A model generated the notes under the pieces. The model worked only from the letters and a program-made list of their open reading frames with translations, was not told where the DNA came from and made no database searches. A stretch of 64,000 bases of DNA from Candidatus Helarchaeota archaeon (GTDB taxonomy: Archaea > Asgardarchaeota > Lokiarchaeia > Helarchaeales > RDOG01): positions 169,669-233,668 of the forward strand of contig JAHPZH010000003.1 in assembly GCA_019058315.1 (NCBI GenBank). The letters run 5' to 3'. Of the stretch, positions 49,450 through 59,924 are shown piece by piece. Both the position numbers and the translations under genes were made by a program. The first letter of the stretch is position 1; every line of letters begins with the position of its first letter.

Positions 49450-49971
49450 TTATTCAAGCTTATTTAATTTAATTTCCAAAACTCCATTCTTATAAGAAGC
49501 AGAAATATTATCTTTGTCTACTTTACATGGTAAAGCTATTCTCTTATGGATTTTTCTTTTATGAACAGAAATTAAAATACTTGTACTTTTTAAATTGAGT
49601 TTTATATCATTTTTTTCTAAACCTGGTAAATCTACAATTATAATTAATTTTTCTTCATCATCTATAATATCAACTAAAATATCTTTAGAAATATAAGGTT
49701 TAGAAAGAGTAGCAGCTTTGGGTTTTAAAGGTAAATTATTTCCTGTAATTCTAAAAATATCGCTATCATTGAATTGATCCAAATTCAAATTACCTTTTTC
49801 TATTTGATCTTGAAATTGTGTAAAGAATTTTTCAAATTCCGGTAAAATTTTCTTGAAATTTTCAGCTAGATATTTGATAAGATCATTAAAATTTTCACTT
49901 GGAATATCATCTTCGTCTCTGTCATCTTTCCTATTTTTTTTCTTTTTATTTTCGTCGAAATCGTCTACCAT
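49450..49971 (-). CDS. Small heat-shock protein (Hsp20/alpha-crystallin)
   Basis: VDLPGLEKNDIKL and ASYKNGVLEIKL. Confidence 0.92.
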   Translation of the reverse strand: MVDDFDENKKKKNRKDDRDEDDIPSENFNDLIKYLAENFKKILPEFEKFFTQFQDQIEKGNLNLDQFNDSDIFRITGNNLPLKPKAATLSKPYISKDILVDIIDDEEKLIIIVDLPGLEKNDIKLNLKSTSILISVHKRKIHKRIALPCKVDKDNISASYKNGVLEIKLNKLE

Positions 49972-50125
49972 AAACTCACAACTAATATATCAAAGAAATC
50001 GTTTAATAAAATATTTATTATTAGGGCATTAAAAATCAAAAGATTTAAAGGAAATAAAAACCTTAATTTGTTAAGAATTTATAGAGAAATGATTTAACTT
50101 TTTATATATTAATGGAGCTAAAATC

Positions 50126-50302
50126 GTGCCAGGAAGTCATGGTAGCTTAACAAAAGCTGGGAAAGTGCGCCAACAAACTCCAAAAGTGGAGTCGAAGAAA
50201 GCACCTAAGCCTATACCCCGAATAAGGAATAAAAGGAATTATATTAAGAGAATAATTCAGGGGCAGAGGGTTGGGCAAGAAAAGTTTGATAGAAGAAGAT
50301 AA
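50126..50302 (+). CDS. rps30e: Ribosomal protein eS30 (not in ORF track)
   Basis: GTG start after GGAG: [44 protein letters not shown]...; contains the HGSLxKAGKVRxQTPK signature. Confidence 0.95.
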   Translation: MPGSHGSLTKAGKVRQQTPKVESKKAPKPIPRIRNKRNYIKRIIQGQRVGQEKFDRRR

Positions 50303-50502
50303 AAAACTTTTTATTTCTTGTAAATTTAACTTTTTTATTAACAACAATTTAGTTTTTTTTTTGAGTAAAGATGATGAAAAAAGTTTGTTGGAAGAAACTA
50401 ATAAAGACAGAGTACTTAAAATAAAAAAAGTTTAAAATCTTTTAGAATAGAGGATTTAAAATAAAGAAAAAAATGGCAAAAAGCCAATTTTTTGAAGCAA
50501 TT

Positions 50503-50793
50503 TTACTTTTTTGTTAATTCCAGCGTTATTTCGATTGTTGAAACAGAGAAATCGCCTCTATCTTTACTATGGATAGTTTCGGTTCCTGTCTCAATTTTTC
50601 CTATTTTGACTTGATTTTCCAAGAATCGAGATCTTAAGATTTCTGCTACATCTACAGCTCTTGAAATAGCTCTTCCTCTTGCTTTAATAACAATATCTTT
50701 AGAACCACCTTGAATTATTGCAAAACAAGCCATAACATAATTCATTGCAGATTTTTGTCCAATATATACCACATTATCATGGATTTTACTCAT
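50503..50793 (-). CDS. albA: DNA/RNA-binding protein Alba
   Basis: VYIGQKSAMNYV, IKARGRAISRAVDVAE and VSTIEI; AGGTGA RBS favours ATG 50793. Confidence 0.95.
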   Translation of the reverse strand: MSKIHDNVVYIGQKSAMNYVMACFAIIQGGSKDIVIKARGRAISRAVDVAEILRSRFLENQVKIGKIETGTETIHSKDRGDFSVSTIEITLELTKK

Positions 50794-51018
50794 TTTGTTT
50801 TTCACCTTTGTAGTTTTATGGTTTATGCACTAATTTTTTTTAGAAGATATTTTTTACCTTCGGATTTTTTTGGATTTGTTTTAGGTTTGCTTAATTTTAC
50901 AATTCTTTTAATTTCCCTTGGTAAGATCATAAAAAAATTGTATAAGACCTTAAAAGAAAAGTAATTATAAATATCTTTTTATTCAAATTTAGAATTATCT
51001 AAAGATTATAATTGATGA

Positions 51019-52002
51019 TTATAATTGATTTACAAGGTTAGGTGGCATTTCCCCTTTTAATGCCAATATAAGATTCTTTGCTGCTATTAACGCCATTTTA
51101 GTCCTTGTTTCATAAGTTGCAGAACCGATATGTGGTAATAATACAACATTTTCTAATCTAACAAGCGGGTTTTTTTCTGCATCAATTGGTTCACGAGTAT
51201 AAACATCTAATCCTACAGCAGCAATTTTCTTTTCCTTTAATACCTCAATTAATGCTTGCTCATCGATTACGGAACCTCTAGAGGTATTGATCAGAATAGC
51301 AGTTTTTTTCATTAAATTTAACTCTTTTTTACCTATCATCTTTTTAGTTTCATTTGTCAGTGGAACATGAATACTGACAATATCCGCTTCTTTCAATAGG
51401 GTTGTTAAATCCATAAATTTGGCTCCTAGTTTTTTTTCAATCTCTGGTTTTGGTGTTCGACTAAAATAAATTATTTGCATATTGAAGCCTACGGCTCGCC
51501 TTGCAACTGCAGATCCAATTCTACCCATTCCAATAATTCCCAAGGTCTTTCCATATAAGTCATAACCCAATAAAAGAGTAGGAGTCCATCTTTTCCATTT
51601 TCCAGCCCTTAAATATTTATCAGCTTCAATTAACCGTCTTGCAGTTGCAAATATTAACCCCCAAGCGATATCTGCTGTGGCTTCGGTTAATACCCCCGGT
51701 GTATTAGTTACCATTATTTTTTTCTTCGTAGCAAATTTAATATCAATATTATCAAAACCAACTGCATAATTACTGATTATTTTTAAATTTTTTGCAGCCG
51801 AAATTACTTCTCCATCGATCTTATCTGATAAGCTACATAATAATCCGTCAATATCCGCAATTTCGCGTTTTAGTTTATTCTTAGTCAAAATTTCTGCTTC
51901 TGATTGTATTTTAATTTCAGCATTTGGTAATTCTTTGCGGATTAAATCGATTCCTTCTGATAATATCTCTCGTGTGATAAATATTTTCAAGGCCAAAATC
52001 AC
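51019..52002 (-). CDS. gyaR: Glyoxylate reductase / D-2-hydroxyacid dehydrogenase
   Basis: AVGFDNID, NTPGVLTEATAD, GIIGMGRIG, INTSRG, LDVY and PHIGSAT. Confidence 0.88.
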   Translation of the reverse strand: MILALKIFITREILSEGIDLIRKELPNAEIKIQSEAEILTKNKLKREIADIDGLLCSLSDKIDGEVISAAKNLKIISNYAVGFDNIDIKFATKKKIMVTNTPGVLTEATADIAWGLIFATARRLIEADKYLRAGKWKRWTPTLLLGYDLYGKTLGIIGMGRIGSAVARRAVGFNMQIIYFSRTPKPEIEKKLGAKFMDLTTLLKEADIVSIHVPLTNETKKMIGKKELNLMKKTAILINTSRGSVIDEQALIEVLKEKKIAAVGLDVYTREPIDAEKNPLVRLENVVLLPHIGSATYETRTKMALIAAKNLILALKGEMPPNLVNQL

Positions 52003-52055
52003 CCCATTTGTAATGGCAATAATAAAAATAAAAAGAAGAGAGTTGAAATAAATAA

Positions 52056-53261
52056 TTAAATTACTTTCTTTTTCTTAAGAGCTTTTATTTCTTCATCATT
52101 ATATCCTAATTCGCTTAAAATTTCTTTTGTATGATGCCCCATTGGTGGTCCGGGGAATAAAAATTTCGCAGGAGTATCGGACAATTTTATTGGAAATCCA
52201 ATTTGTTTCATAGTTTCTCCATCGCCAATGGGCACGTCAATAACCATTTCTCTAGCTTTCACTTGAGGATCATCTTCAACTTCCCAAAGTTCATTCATGG
52301 GAGCTACACATGTATCGACTTTCCTTAATTCCTTAACCCAAGTATCTCTATCTTTGGTGAGAAATATCTTTTCAAATTGTTCGAACATCAAATCTTGAGG
52401 GGTTTTACCACTTCTTTCAGCTTCTTCTCTCGATATTTCCTTAACTCCCATTACTTTTATTAAATTCATATAAAATTTAGGTTCCAAGGCTCCAACTGTG
52501 ATGTATTTTCCATCTTTACATTTATATATCCAATATTGTGGAAGCCCACCTGATAACATATTTCTTGAAGGATCTTGCCTCACATTATCTACCAGGTATG
52601 AACTATAAACCATAGGAAGGAAACCAAGAGTTCCATCCATCATAGCTACGTCTATATACTGACCTTTTCCTGTTTTTTCGCGTGCAACTAATGCTATCAA
52701 TATACCTATGACCGCATGTAGTCCTCCACCAAACATATCTCCTATCTGAAGTCCGGGTACTATTGGTTTCTTAGTTTCTCTATCTCTCGTCACTGATGCT
52801 ACACCAGATGTTCCTATATAATTGAGATCATGTCCTGCATAGTCCCGATAAGGCCCATTTTGTCCATAGCCTGTAATCGAACAATAAATTATTCTAGGAT
52901 TTATTTTTGCTATAGTTTCATAATCCACACCTAAATTTTTTACAACTCCCGGTCTAAATTGCTCTACAATTACGTCAGCAGACTCTGCTAATTTATAAAA
53001 AATTTCTCTTCCTTCATCAGTTTTTAAATTTAGTGAAATATTTCTTTTATTTCGATTTAATGCATGATAAAGATAACTATCTTTTTTTCTAGTTCCGGGA
53101 ATGGTAACATGAGGTGGAGCCATACGTGCGTTGTCTTGACGAACTCTGGATTCAATTTTAATAACATCAGCCCCGAAATCTGAAAAATATCTTGTACCAA
53201 AAGGTCCTGGAAATAACATAGTCAAATCTAAAATTTTAATTCCTTCTAAAGCTAAAACCAT
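52056..53261 (-). CDS. CaiB/BaiF class III CoA-transferase (AMACR-like)
   Basis: GADVIKIE, NRNKRNISLNLK, FRPGV, GYGQNGPY..YAGHDLNY and GALEPKF. Confidence 0.93.
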   Translation of the reverse strand: MVLALEGIKILDLTMLFPGPFGTRYFSDFGADVIKIESRVRQDNARMAPPHVTIPGTRKKDSYLYHALNRNKRNISLNLKTDEGREIFYKLAESADVIVEQFRPGVVKNLGVDYETIAKINPRIIYCSITGYGQNGPYRDYAGHDLNYIGTSGVASVTRDRETKKPIVPGLQIGDMFGGGLHAVIGILIALVAREKTGKGQYIDVAMMDGTLGFLPMVYSSYLVDNVRQDPSRNMLSGGLPQYWIYKCKDGKYITVGALEPKFYMNLIKVMGVKEISREEAERSGKTPQDLMFEQFEKIFLTKDRDTWVKELRKVDTCVAPMNELWEVEDDPQVKAREMVIDVPIGDGETMKQIGFPIKLSDTPAKFLFPGPPMGHHTKEILSELGYNDEEIKALKKKKVI

Positions 53262-53470
53262 AATAATCGCCTTTTAGATTCCTTTCTCTAATCTTTAATT
53301 CTGAAATCATTTAAATTAAGGTCTAAAGATTTAAATTTTTTATTGTAGCATTTTAGTAATATTTGAAAATAATGAATTAATCGAATATATTCAATTAAAA
53401 AACTCAAAAAATTAAGAAAAAGTCGTAAATGGTGTATACTAATATAGTAGAGTAAGAGAATCTTTCAATC

Positions 53471-53686
53471 TCATTTTTTATCTTTGCTTGACAGATACCA
53501 GTCTAAATACTCTTTTCTTCGTTTTTCCTTTTCAAAATCCTTAGTTTTTTCGTGTTTGACTTGATCTCGAAGTTTTTCTTGTAAATCGTCAAGTTCGACT
53601 CTTGTAAGGCTCAAACCACAGCGTTTACAAGTGTATCTGTACAAGGCATACTTCATTTTGCCTGCGCACTCGGGGCACTTTGCCAT
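53471..53686 (-). CDS. Small zinc-ribbon protein
   Basis: CPECAG...CKRCG plus charged helix ending EYLDWYL. Confidence 0.75.
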   Translation of the reverse strand: MAKCPECAGKMKYALYRYTCKRCGLSLTRVELDDLQEKLRDQVKHEKTKDFEKEKRRKEYLDWYLSSKDKK

Positions 53687-53736
53687 TCAAAACATCTCTT
53701 CATCTATTTAAAATCTATTTCAAAACATCTCTTCAT
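53686..53736. repeat. 18-bp direct repeat ttcaaaacatctcttcat (53686-53703 and 53719-53736)
   Basis: Two exact copies 33 bp apart, immediately upstream of the zinc-ribbon gene. Confidence 0.75.
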
Positions 53737-53935
53737 TTATTCTATAAAAGTAATATAATAAAAGAATTACGATTTCAAAAAATTGGTAATATAAAAAACG
53801 GTGGAATTAGTTGTATATGAATTGTACGTTGAACAAATTACTCTCATTAAATATATTTTTATTAGATTGAATAAATTACAAAATAGTATAAATTTATCAA
53901 CAAAAAGTGTTTTTAAAAATAATAAGGTGTAATTC

Positions 53936-54943
53936 ATGGGCGGTTATGGTTCTGATTACGATTACTCTGACGATGATAGTGTTGTAAAAAAAAGTGCGGC
54001 TTCTTATAATATTGACCATGGACGAAAATATGAAACAAAAGGGGCTGTACCTCCCCCAGTTGGAAAACATTTAATAACTGAAGCGAAATTTCCTATAGTT
54101 GTTGCAGTAGATGTAACAGGCTCTATGAAAACGTGGCCTCAAATCATATTTGAAAAATTATGTATTTTGTATAATGAAGCGTTATTTTTCCTTCCCGATA
54201 CACTTAAAGATGATTTTGAAATCTCTTTTGCAGCAATTGGAGATGCATATAGTGATTCTGCACCTTTACAAGTCACGGATTTTGCAGAAGGGGCAGAGTT
54301 GGATGAAAATATAAAGGCTCTTTATCCTGAGGGGGGAGGTGGAGGACAAACACGCGAAACATATGAATTAGCAGCTTATTATTATTTAAAACACTGTGAT
54401 ATGCCCAATGCGCTTTCACAACCCAAACCCTTACTAATTTTTGTTGGGGATGAGGGATTTTATTCCAAAATTAACAGGAAACACATAATGGATTTAATTG
54501 GTGATAAAGTAAAAACTGACCAAATTGCAAAAAATATGTTTGAACAATTACGACAAAAGTTTAATGTCTACATTTTGAGAGTAAGATATGACTCTGAAGC
54601 ATCGAATAAAAGAATAAATGAAGATTGGGTAAAAGTACTAGGCGAAAATAATGTAATTTTAATGAAACAACCAAGAAGAATTGTAGATACAATTCTAGGT
54701 ATTATCGCAACAATAGTAGATGGATGGGATAAATTTAAAGATCGGATTGAAATACGTCAGACGCCTGAACAAGTTGATCAAGTTTATTCAACTTTAAGCG
54801 GTCTTCAAATAGAAAATAAAAAATATGTTTATAAATTTCAAGCTTTGCAATGTCCAAAGTGTGGTGGTGCATTGGATGAAGTTCCAGATTATAATAAACC
54901 CGTAAAGTGTCCTTTCTGCCAAATTCAACTTGTTCGAATTTAA
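53936..54943 (+). CDS. vWA domain protein with C-terminal zinc ribbon
   Basis: MIDAS-like DVTGSM, AIGDA, GGGGGQTRETYELA and FVGDE; CPKC...CPFC. Confidence 0.85.
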   Translation: MGGYGSDYDYSDDDSVVKKSAASYNIDHGRKYETKGAVPPPVGKHLITEAKFPIVVAVDVTGSMKTWPQIIFEKLCILYNEALFFLPDTLKDDFEISFAAIGDAYSDSAPLQVTDFAEGAELDENIKALYPEGGGGGQTRETYELAAYYYLKHCDMPNALSQPKPLLIFVGDEGFYSKINRKHIMDLIGDKVKTDQIAKNMFEQLRQKFNVYILRVRYDSEASNKRINEDWVKVLGENNVILMKQPRRIVDTILGIIATIVDGWDKFKDRIEIRQTPEQVDQVYSTLSGLQIENKKYVYKFQALQCPKCGGALDEVPDYNKPVKCPFCQIQLVRI

Positions 54944-54952
54944 ATGGTTTAA

Positions 54953-55540
54953 ATGCATTATATTGAAGACGCTTCAATAGAGAATATTTGGAAAAAAGCA
55001 AAGAATTTAATCCTAAATAAAGGATCAGAAATTCTTGATGAAAAAGAAGAATTATTTGAAATTCTTGACCTCTTTTTAATTATTAAACAGCCAGAGACAT
55101 CAGACCAAGAGAAACAAATTCATGATAAAGAAATGAAAAAATGGATGATGGAAAATTTTACTGAAATAAAGAATATTCCCGAATTACACGATACAAAGAG
55201 TTATGGTTGGAGATTATACAATTTTCAAGGAAAAGATCAAATTAAATGGATAATCAATAAGTTGAAAAAGAAAAAAGCTACCAAATCAGCAACGATAGTG
55301 ACTATAGAACCGAAAGATGAAAATTATATTCCATGCGTAAGTTTGCTAGATTTCAAAATTAGAAATGGAGAATTATTAATGTCTGTCACATGTAGAAGTC
55401 TAGATTTTGGTAAAAAAGCTTTGTATAATTTATATTTTTTATCTGATATAGCCCACGATGTTGCAAAAGAACTCAAAATCAATAATATTAAACTAAAAAT
55501 CTTTGTTATATCTGCTCATATTTATAAAAAAGATACGTGA
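54953..55540 (+). CDS. Thymidylate synthase-like protein (short archaeal ThyA type)
   Basis: SYGWRL, IPCVS catalytic Cys, RSLD, conserved Asn and SAHIY. Confidence 0.8.
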   Translation: MHYIEDASIENIWKKAKNLILNKGSEILDEKEELFEILDLFLIIKQPETSDQEKQIHDKEMKKWMMENFTEIKNIPELHDTKSYGWRLYNFQGKDQIKWIINKLKKKKATKSATIVTIEPKDENYIPCVSLLDFKIRNGELLMSVTCRSLDFGKKALYNLYFLSDIAHDVAKELKINNIKLKIFVISAHIYKKDT

Positions 55541-55711
55541 ATCAGCTTGGATGAAGAATACTGGCGGTAAAAGTCAAACATTATTTATTTTTCACAAGCC
55601 AATATAGGATAGAAAATTGAAATAATTAAAAAATAAATAGGGATACATGTTAATTTGGTCAAAGAATTTAAATGAAAATAATGAAGTGTTTCATGACTGT
55701 GGATTGAGATA

Positions 55712-56797
55712 ATGGAGCAAGAGATTTTATTTGAAGATAATCAATATGGAAGAATTAAATATAATATTAATGATAAACTATGGTTAAAAAGTAGAATCTT
55801 GATAAAAAAAGATAGTATAGAAATTTTCGATGAAGATGATAAGATATATATAACCATTCCTTTTCAAGATATTACTTTTTTTAAAAATTATAAAAAATAC
55901 TCTCAAATTAAATCAAATAAGGTCATAATATTTATACAATTTACAGCGAAAAAGAAATTACAAATTTATGAAAATTTTCTTAAAATTTTGAAGAAAAGCA
56001 TATTTGAAAATCTGTTTGATAAAAGTAACCCTAATTTCCAGATTTCAATTAAAGAATTCGCAAATAAATACGATTTTGATGAAGAATTAATAAACAATTC
56101 AATAAATAATGTGCTAGGAAATCATAAAAATAGAGGACAATTATATAAAGATAAATTTTTTTTATCCGATAAATTTCAAGGAGCAGTTTTATCGTATCTA
56201 AAACCAGTATATGAAACTACAATAAATACTATTGCAACTAAATTTAGAGTTGAAAATAAATTAGTTAAAAATTCAATTTTACAAATGATTCAAAATCAAA
56301 TAATTGATGCTAATCTAATTGATGAAAAAATTTTCTTCCCTAGGAAATTACAAGAAGCTGTTTTGAAGTATCTAGACCCAATTTATGAAATTTCAATAAT
56401 TAATATTGTAAATAGATTTAGGGTTAAAAAGGAATTAGTTATAGATTCATTAAAGAAGATGTTAAATGAGAAATTAATCAATGGTCAATTAAACGATGAA
56501 AGAATATTCTTTCCTGAAAAATTTCAAGAAGCATTTTTAAAATACATTGAACCATATGATGAATTTACCTTTAAAAATCTGGCAGAGAACTTTAAAATGA
56601 GACTAGAAACGGTAATAGAAGAAATTAAAATAATGATTGAAAAAGGTGTAATCAAAGGCAGATTAACCACTGATGGAGTTGTATTCAAACAAATTGAGTT
56701 GATTAAAATGGAGTGTCCTTCTTGTAAGGCACCTTTAGAAAAGTCTCCACCTTGTAAATGTGCTCATTGTGATTTTTTTATTGAAAAGATTGATTAA
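55712..56797 (+). CDS. Protein with four tandem PCI-like winged-helix repeats and a C-terminal zinc ribbon
   Basis: Repeats of ISIxxxAxxF...V...I..MI....I.G.L; CPSC...CAHC. Confidence 0.7.
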   Translation: MEQEILFEDNQYGRIKYNINDKLWLKSRILIKKDSIEIFDEDDKIYITIPFQDITFFKNYKKYSQIKSNKVIIFIQFTAKKKLQIYENFLKILKKSIFENLFDKSNPNFQISIKEFANKYDFDEELINNSINNVLGNHKNRGQLYKDKFFLSDKFQGAVLSYLKPVYETTINTIATKFRVENKLVKNSILQMIQNQIIDANLIDEKIFFPRKLQEAVLKYLDPIYEISIINIVNRFRVKKELVIDSLKKMLNEKLINGQLNDERIFFPEKFQEAFLKYIEPYDEFTFKNLAENFKMRLETVIEEIKIMIEKGVIKGRLTTDGVVFKQIELIKMECPSCKAPLEKSPPCKCAHCDFFIEKID

Positions 56798-56850
56798 GAA
56801 GATATTTAGTGTTTTTCAATCTAATTAAAAAATGATAAAAATCAAAATAT

Positions 56851-57666
56851 TTGATGTTCCATATGAAATTGAATGAAGAATATTGGCATAGAATACTTAA
56901 TTTATATGGAAAAAATTATAATAAAAACATAAGACTGCTCAAAGAATTCTTAAAATCAAATAGAGGATATATTTTCGAAAAACCTATAGACGAAACGGTT
57001 ATAATATTATGCTCTGGAGGTATGGATTCTACTATTCTTATTGATTTGGTTATTAACAATTGGAATTCTAAAGTTATAATCATATATTTTAAAAGGGATG
57101 CTAAAAATGAGGAGTGGGAAGAAAAAGCAGTCGATTATTTTTTTGAGTTTTATAGGGCGAGATATCCCAATAATATCGTAGATTTATTAAAATTAAAGGT
57201 TCAAATTCCTCTGAGAATCAATAAGGAATATCTAGATAGAAATCGTCAGAAAATATTAGGATTACCTATGAGAAATTCCACCATGTGGAATAATACTGTA
57301 GCTCAAGCAGTATATTTAAGTGGGAAATATAAAACTACAATACGAACTATATTAATTGGTTCTGTTAAAGATGATAGAGATAATCCTGAATCTGGACCAT
57401 TATCCCTTCTATCTCAGACTATAAATACTTGTATCTGCACAGCTATATGGAATTGGCAAGTATATTCTCCTCTTTTAGATGATTCTTTTAAAAAGGGAGG
57501 GTTTTCGAAAATCGACCTCATAAAATATGCACAAGAAAATGATATTCCTATTGAAAAAACAAGATCTTGTTTTGAAAAGACGGAAACTCCATGTGGAAAA
57601 TGTCTTGCTTGTGAAAATAGGATAAAAGCTTTTTCAGAATATAAAAATTCTCTTTTAACTGACTAA
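56851..57666 (+). CDS. QueC-family PP-loop ATPase (7-cyano-7-deazaguanine synthase-like), divergent
   Basis: SGGMDS, PMRN, SKIDLI and TRSCF-x6-CGKCLAC. Confidence 0.8.
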   Translation: MMFHMKLNEEYWHRILNLYGKNYNKNIRLLKEFLKSNRGYIFEKPIDETVIILCSGGMDSTILIDLVINNWNSKVIIIYFKRDAKNEEWEEKAVDYFFEFYRARYPNNIVDLLKLKVQIPLRINKEYLDRNRQKILGLPMRNSTMWNNTVAQAVYLSGKYKTTIRTILIGSVKDDRDNPESGPLSLLSQTINTCICTAIWNWQVYSPLLDDSFKKGGFSKIDLIKYAQENDIPIEKTRSCFEKTETPCGKCLACENRIKAFSEYKNSLLTD

Positions 57667-57675
57667 TTCGATCGT

Positions 57676-58287
57676 TTATTTATCAAGGCCGGATATATTT
57701 ATACAATAAACTAATCGTTTAAGAATTTTCAATTGTAAAATTAAAATAGTAACCGCAATAGGTAATGAAATTGCAACAAGTACAATTATATAGATTATTA
57801 GAATTGTCATTGGATTTTGAATTGAAAATATATTAGGACTAAATAGTGGTCTAATGGAGAAAGGTTTTATTATAAAAAGTAGTGGAAATAATAAAATAAT
57901 CATACCAAATAAGATTATTTGCCCAATAATTCCTATATAACTAAATATTTTTCCTTTTTTCTCTATATATAATATATCTTTTTCTTCCACACCGTGAGCT
58001 CCTAAAAATTTCATAATACTATTAATTGCCTTTACCCAATAAAGTTGTGTTATAATTGGAATCAATATACTTATGAGATAATTTCTAAAAACATCCTTTA
58101 ACTCTAAAGCGTCTGGGTTTTTGTATTTAAGCTCATTTAACTTTATTGCAATACCAATATCTTCTACCATCCTAATTGTTGAAAAAACCGTTCCGGCAAA
58201 TGGTATAAATATATATGGCAAAATTTTGATTAATCTATTCCAAGCATCGTTTAATCTCCACCATATATTTTTATTATTGTCATTCAT
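57676..58287 (-). CDS. Hypothetical membrane protein
   Basis: About 4 hydrophobic segments. Confidence 0.6.
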   Translation of the reverse strand: MNDNNKNIWWRLNDAWNRLIKILPYIFIPFAGTVFSTIRMVEDIGIAIKLNELKYKNPDALELKDVFRNYLISILIPIITQLYWVKAINSIMKFLGAHGVEEKDILYIEKKGKIFSYIGIIGQIILFGMIILLFPLLFIIKPFSIRPLFSPNIFSIQNPMTILIIYIIVLVAISLPIAVTILILQLKILKRLVYCINISGLDK

Positions 58288-58633
58288 AGTTCCTCGCCTT
58301 CATTGATATATAAGAATTAATACTTTATTAATTTATTATTTTATTTAAATTTTTAATCAAAAATTTTGGAATGAACAGCTTATAAATAGTAATTTCATTA
58401 TTTTAATTAATATTATACTATTTATAATTTAAATATCAAAAAAATCTATTCAATTTTAAAAAAAATACGATTTTTTTTATGACAGATGGAAATTTCGTTG
58501 CTTTAACTTGTGTAAATAAAATTATCGTATTTATTAATGATAAAAATATACCCCAATAATTAGGTTAAAAAATATACTTTCTATTTCTTTCGATGGAAAT
58601 TGACTTCCTAAAAATATTCTAAGGGATATAAAA

Positions 58634-59461
58634 ATGGAATTCTTAAAAAATAAAAAGTTTCTACAAATCTCGAACTTAGTGACATACTTTTTGACTATAT
58701 TAGTGAATTTTTTGGCGAATATTCTTCCATTAGGAGGTAGAACGACTGGTGGAGTATCCGACAGTTATCCAGATCTCTTTGCGCCAGCGGGTATCACCTT
58801 TAGTATTTGGAGTGTAATTTATGTTCTTTTAGGAATCTTTGTTTTTTATCAAGCCAGAGATCTTTTCAAGGACCAAGAAGATGATATTCCTTATATCGAA
58901 ACAATAAGTTTTTATTATATATTAAGCAATATCTTCAATATTATATGGCTATTCTCGTGGCATTATAATATAATTCCGCTTAGTTTTCTGTTAATGATTG
59001 GAATATTGCTCACATTGATTAAAATATATCTAAACTTAAATATTGGTCTTGAGGATATATCAACAAAGGATAAAATTTTAGTTCACTTGCCCTTCAGTGT
59101 TTATTTTGGATGGATTTCAATAGCAACAATTGCCAATACTACTGTTCTTTTAGTCGCAACGGGTTGGGATGGTTTTGGAATATCAGAGCCTATTTGGACT
59201 ATTATAGTATTAATTATTGCCTTAATTTTGACCTTATTGATGCAATATATCCGAAAAGATATTGCTTACAGCATAGTTGTCATATGGGCCTCTATCGGAA
59301 TAATTATTAAGCGATTAGCTCCAATTACGTTACAAGTATTATTCCTTAATCTAGGTGTAATTCTTGAGCCAATTTACTATGAAATCGTTATTACAGCAGG
59401 AATTGCAATATTAGTAATAAGCATTGGAATTATTTTAATAACAATTAAGAAATTTAAATAA
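58634..59461 (+). CDS. TspO/MBR-related tryptophan-rich membrane protein
   Basis: FAPAGITFSIWSVIY, NIIWLFSW and PFSVYFGWISIATIAN. Confidence 0.75.
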   Translation: MEFLKNKKFLQISNLVTYFLTILVNFLANILPLGGRTTGGVSDSYPDLFAPAGITFSIWSVIYVLLGIFVFYQARDLFKDQEDDIPYIETISFYYILSNIFNIIWLFSWHYNIIPLSFLLMIGILLTLIKIYLNLNIGLEDISTKDKILVHLPFSVYFGWISIATIANTTVLLVATGWDGFGISEPIWTIIVLIIALILTLLMQYIRKDIAYSIVVIWASIGIIIKRLAPITLQVLFLNLGVILEPIYYEIVITAGIAILVISIGIILITIKKFK

Positions 59462-59659
59462 TTTCTTATTTTAATTTTTTTTTAATCGATTAATTCTTTC
59501 TATAATTGCTTTTATTCTTTTAAAAAATCGTGTTTCTTTTGTAAAATAGGTTATTTTTAAAATGTAGGAAATGTGATAATTTTAAATATTATTACTTCTC
59601 CTAATTATAATTACAAATTCTAATTAGTTTAGAATATAAAAAACAAATGGGTGAATTTA

Positions 59660-59872
59660 TTGGCAGAATCGGTATATAAATTTATAGAATTAGTTGGTTC
59701 ATCTGAAAAAAGCTGGGAAGACGCTATCAGATTAGTTGTGGATCAAGCTGCGAAATCGTTACGTGATCTTCGGATGGTTGAGGTAGTAGAGTTAGGTGTA
59801 AAACTGGACGAAAGCAAAATAGTCTTATTTAGAGCTCGAGTCAAAGTATCTTTTAAATATGAAGGCAAATAA
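59660..59872 (+). CDS. Dodecin family protein
   Basis: SVYKFIELVGSSEKSWEDA...KVSFKYE; GGTGA RBS favours TTG 59660. Confidence 0.92.
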   Translation: MAESVYKFIELVGSSEKSWEDAIRLVVDQAAKSLRDLRMVEVVELGVKLDESKIVLFRARVKVSFKYEGK

Positions 59873-59924
59873 AATCTTAAATTTATTCTAATCTTTTTTT
59901 TCTATTTGTAAATCCTTTTTAATA

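Noticed and set aside
50147-50347. 66-aa minus-strand ORF
   Set aside because: It is the antisense shadow of rps30e.
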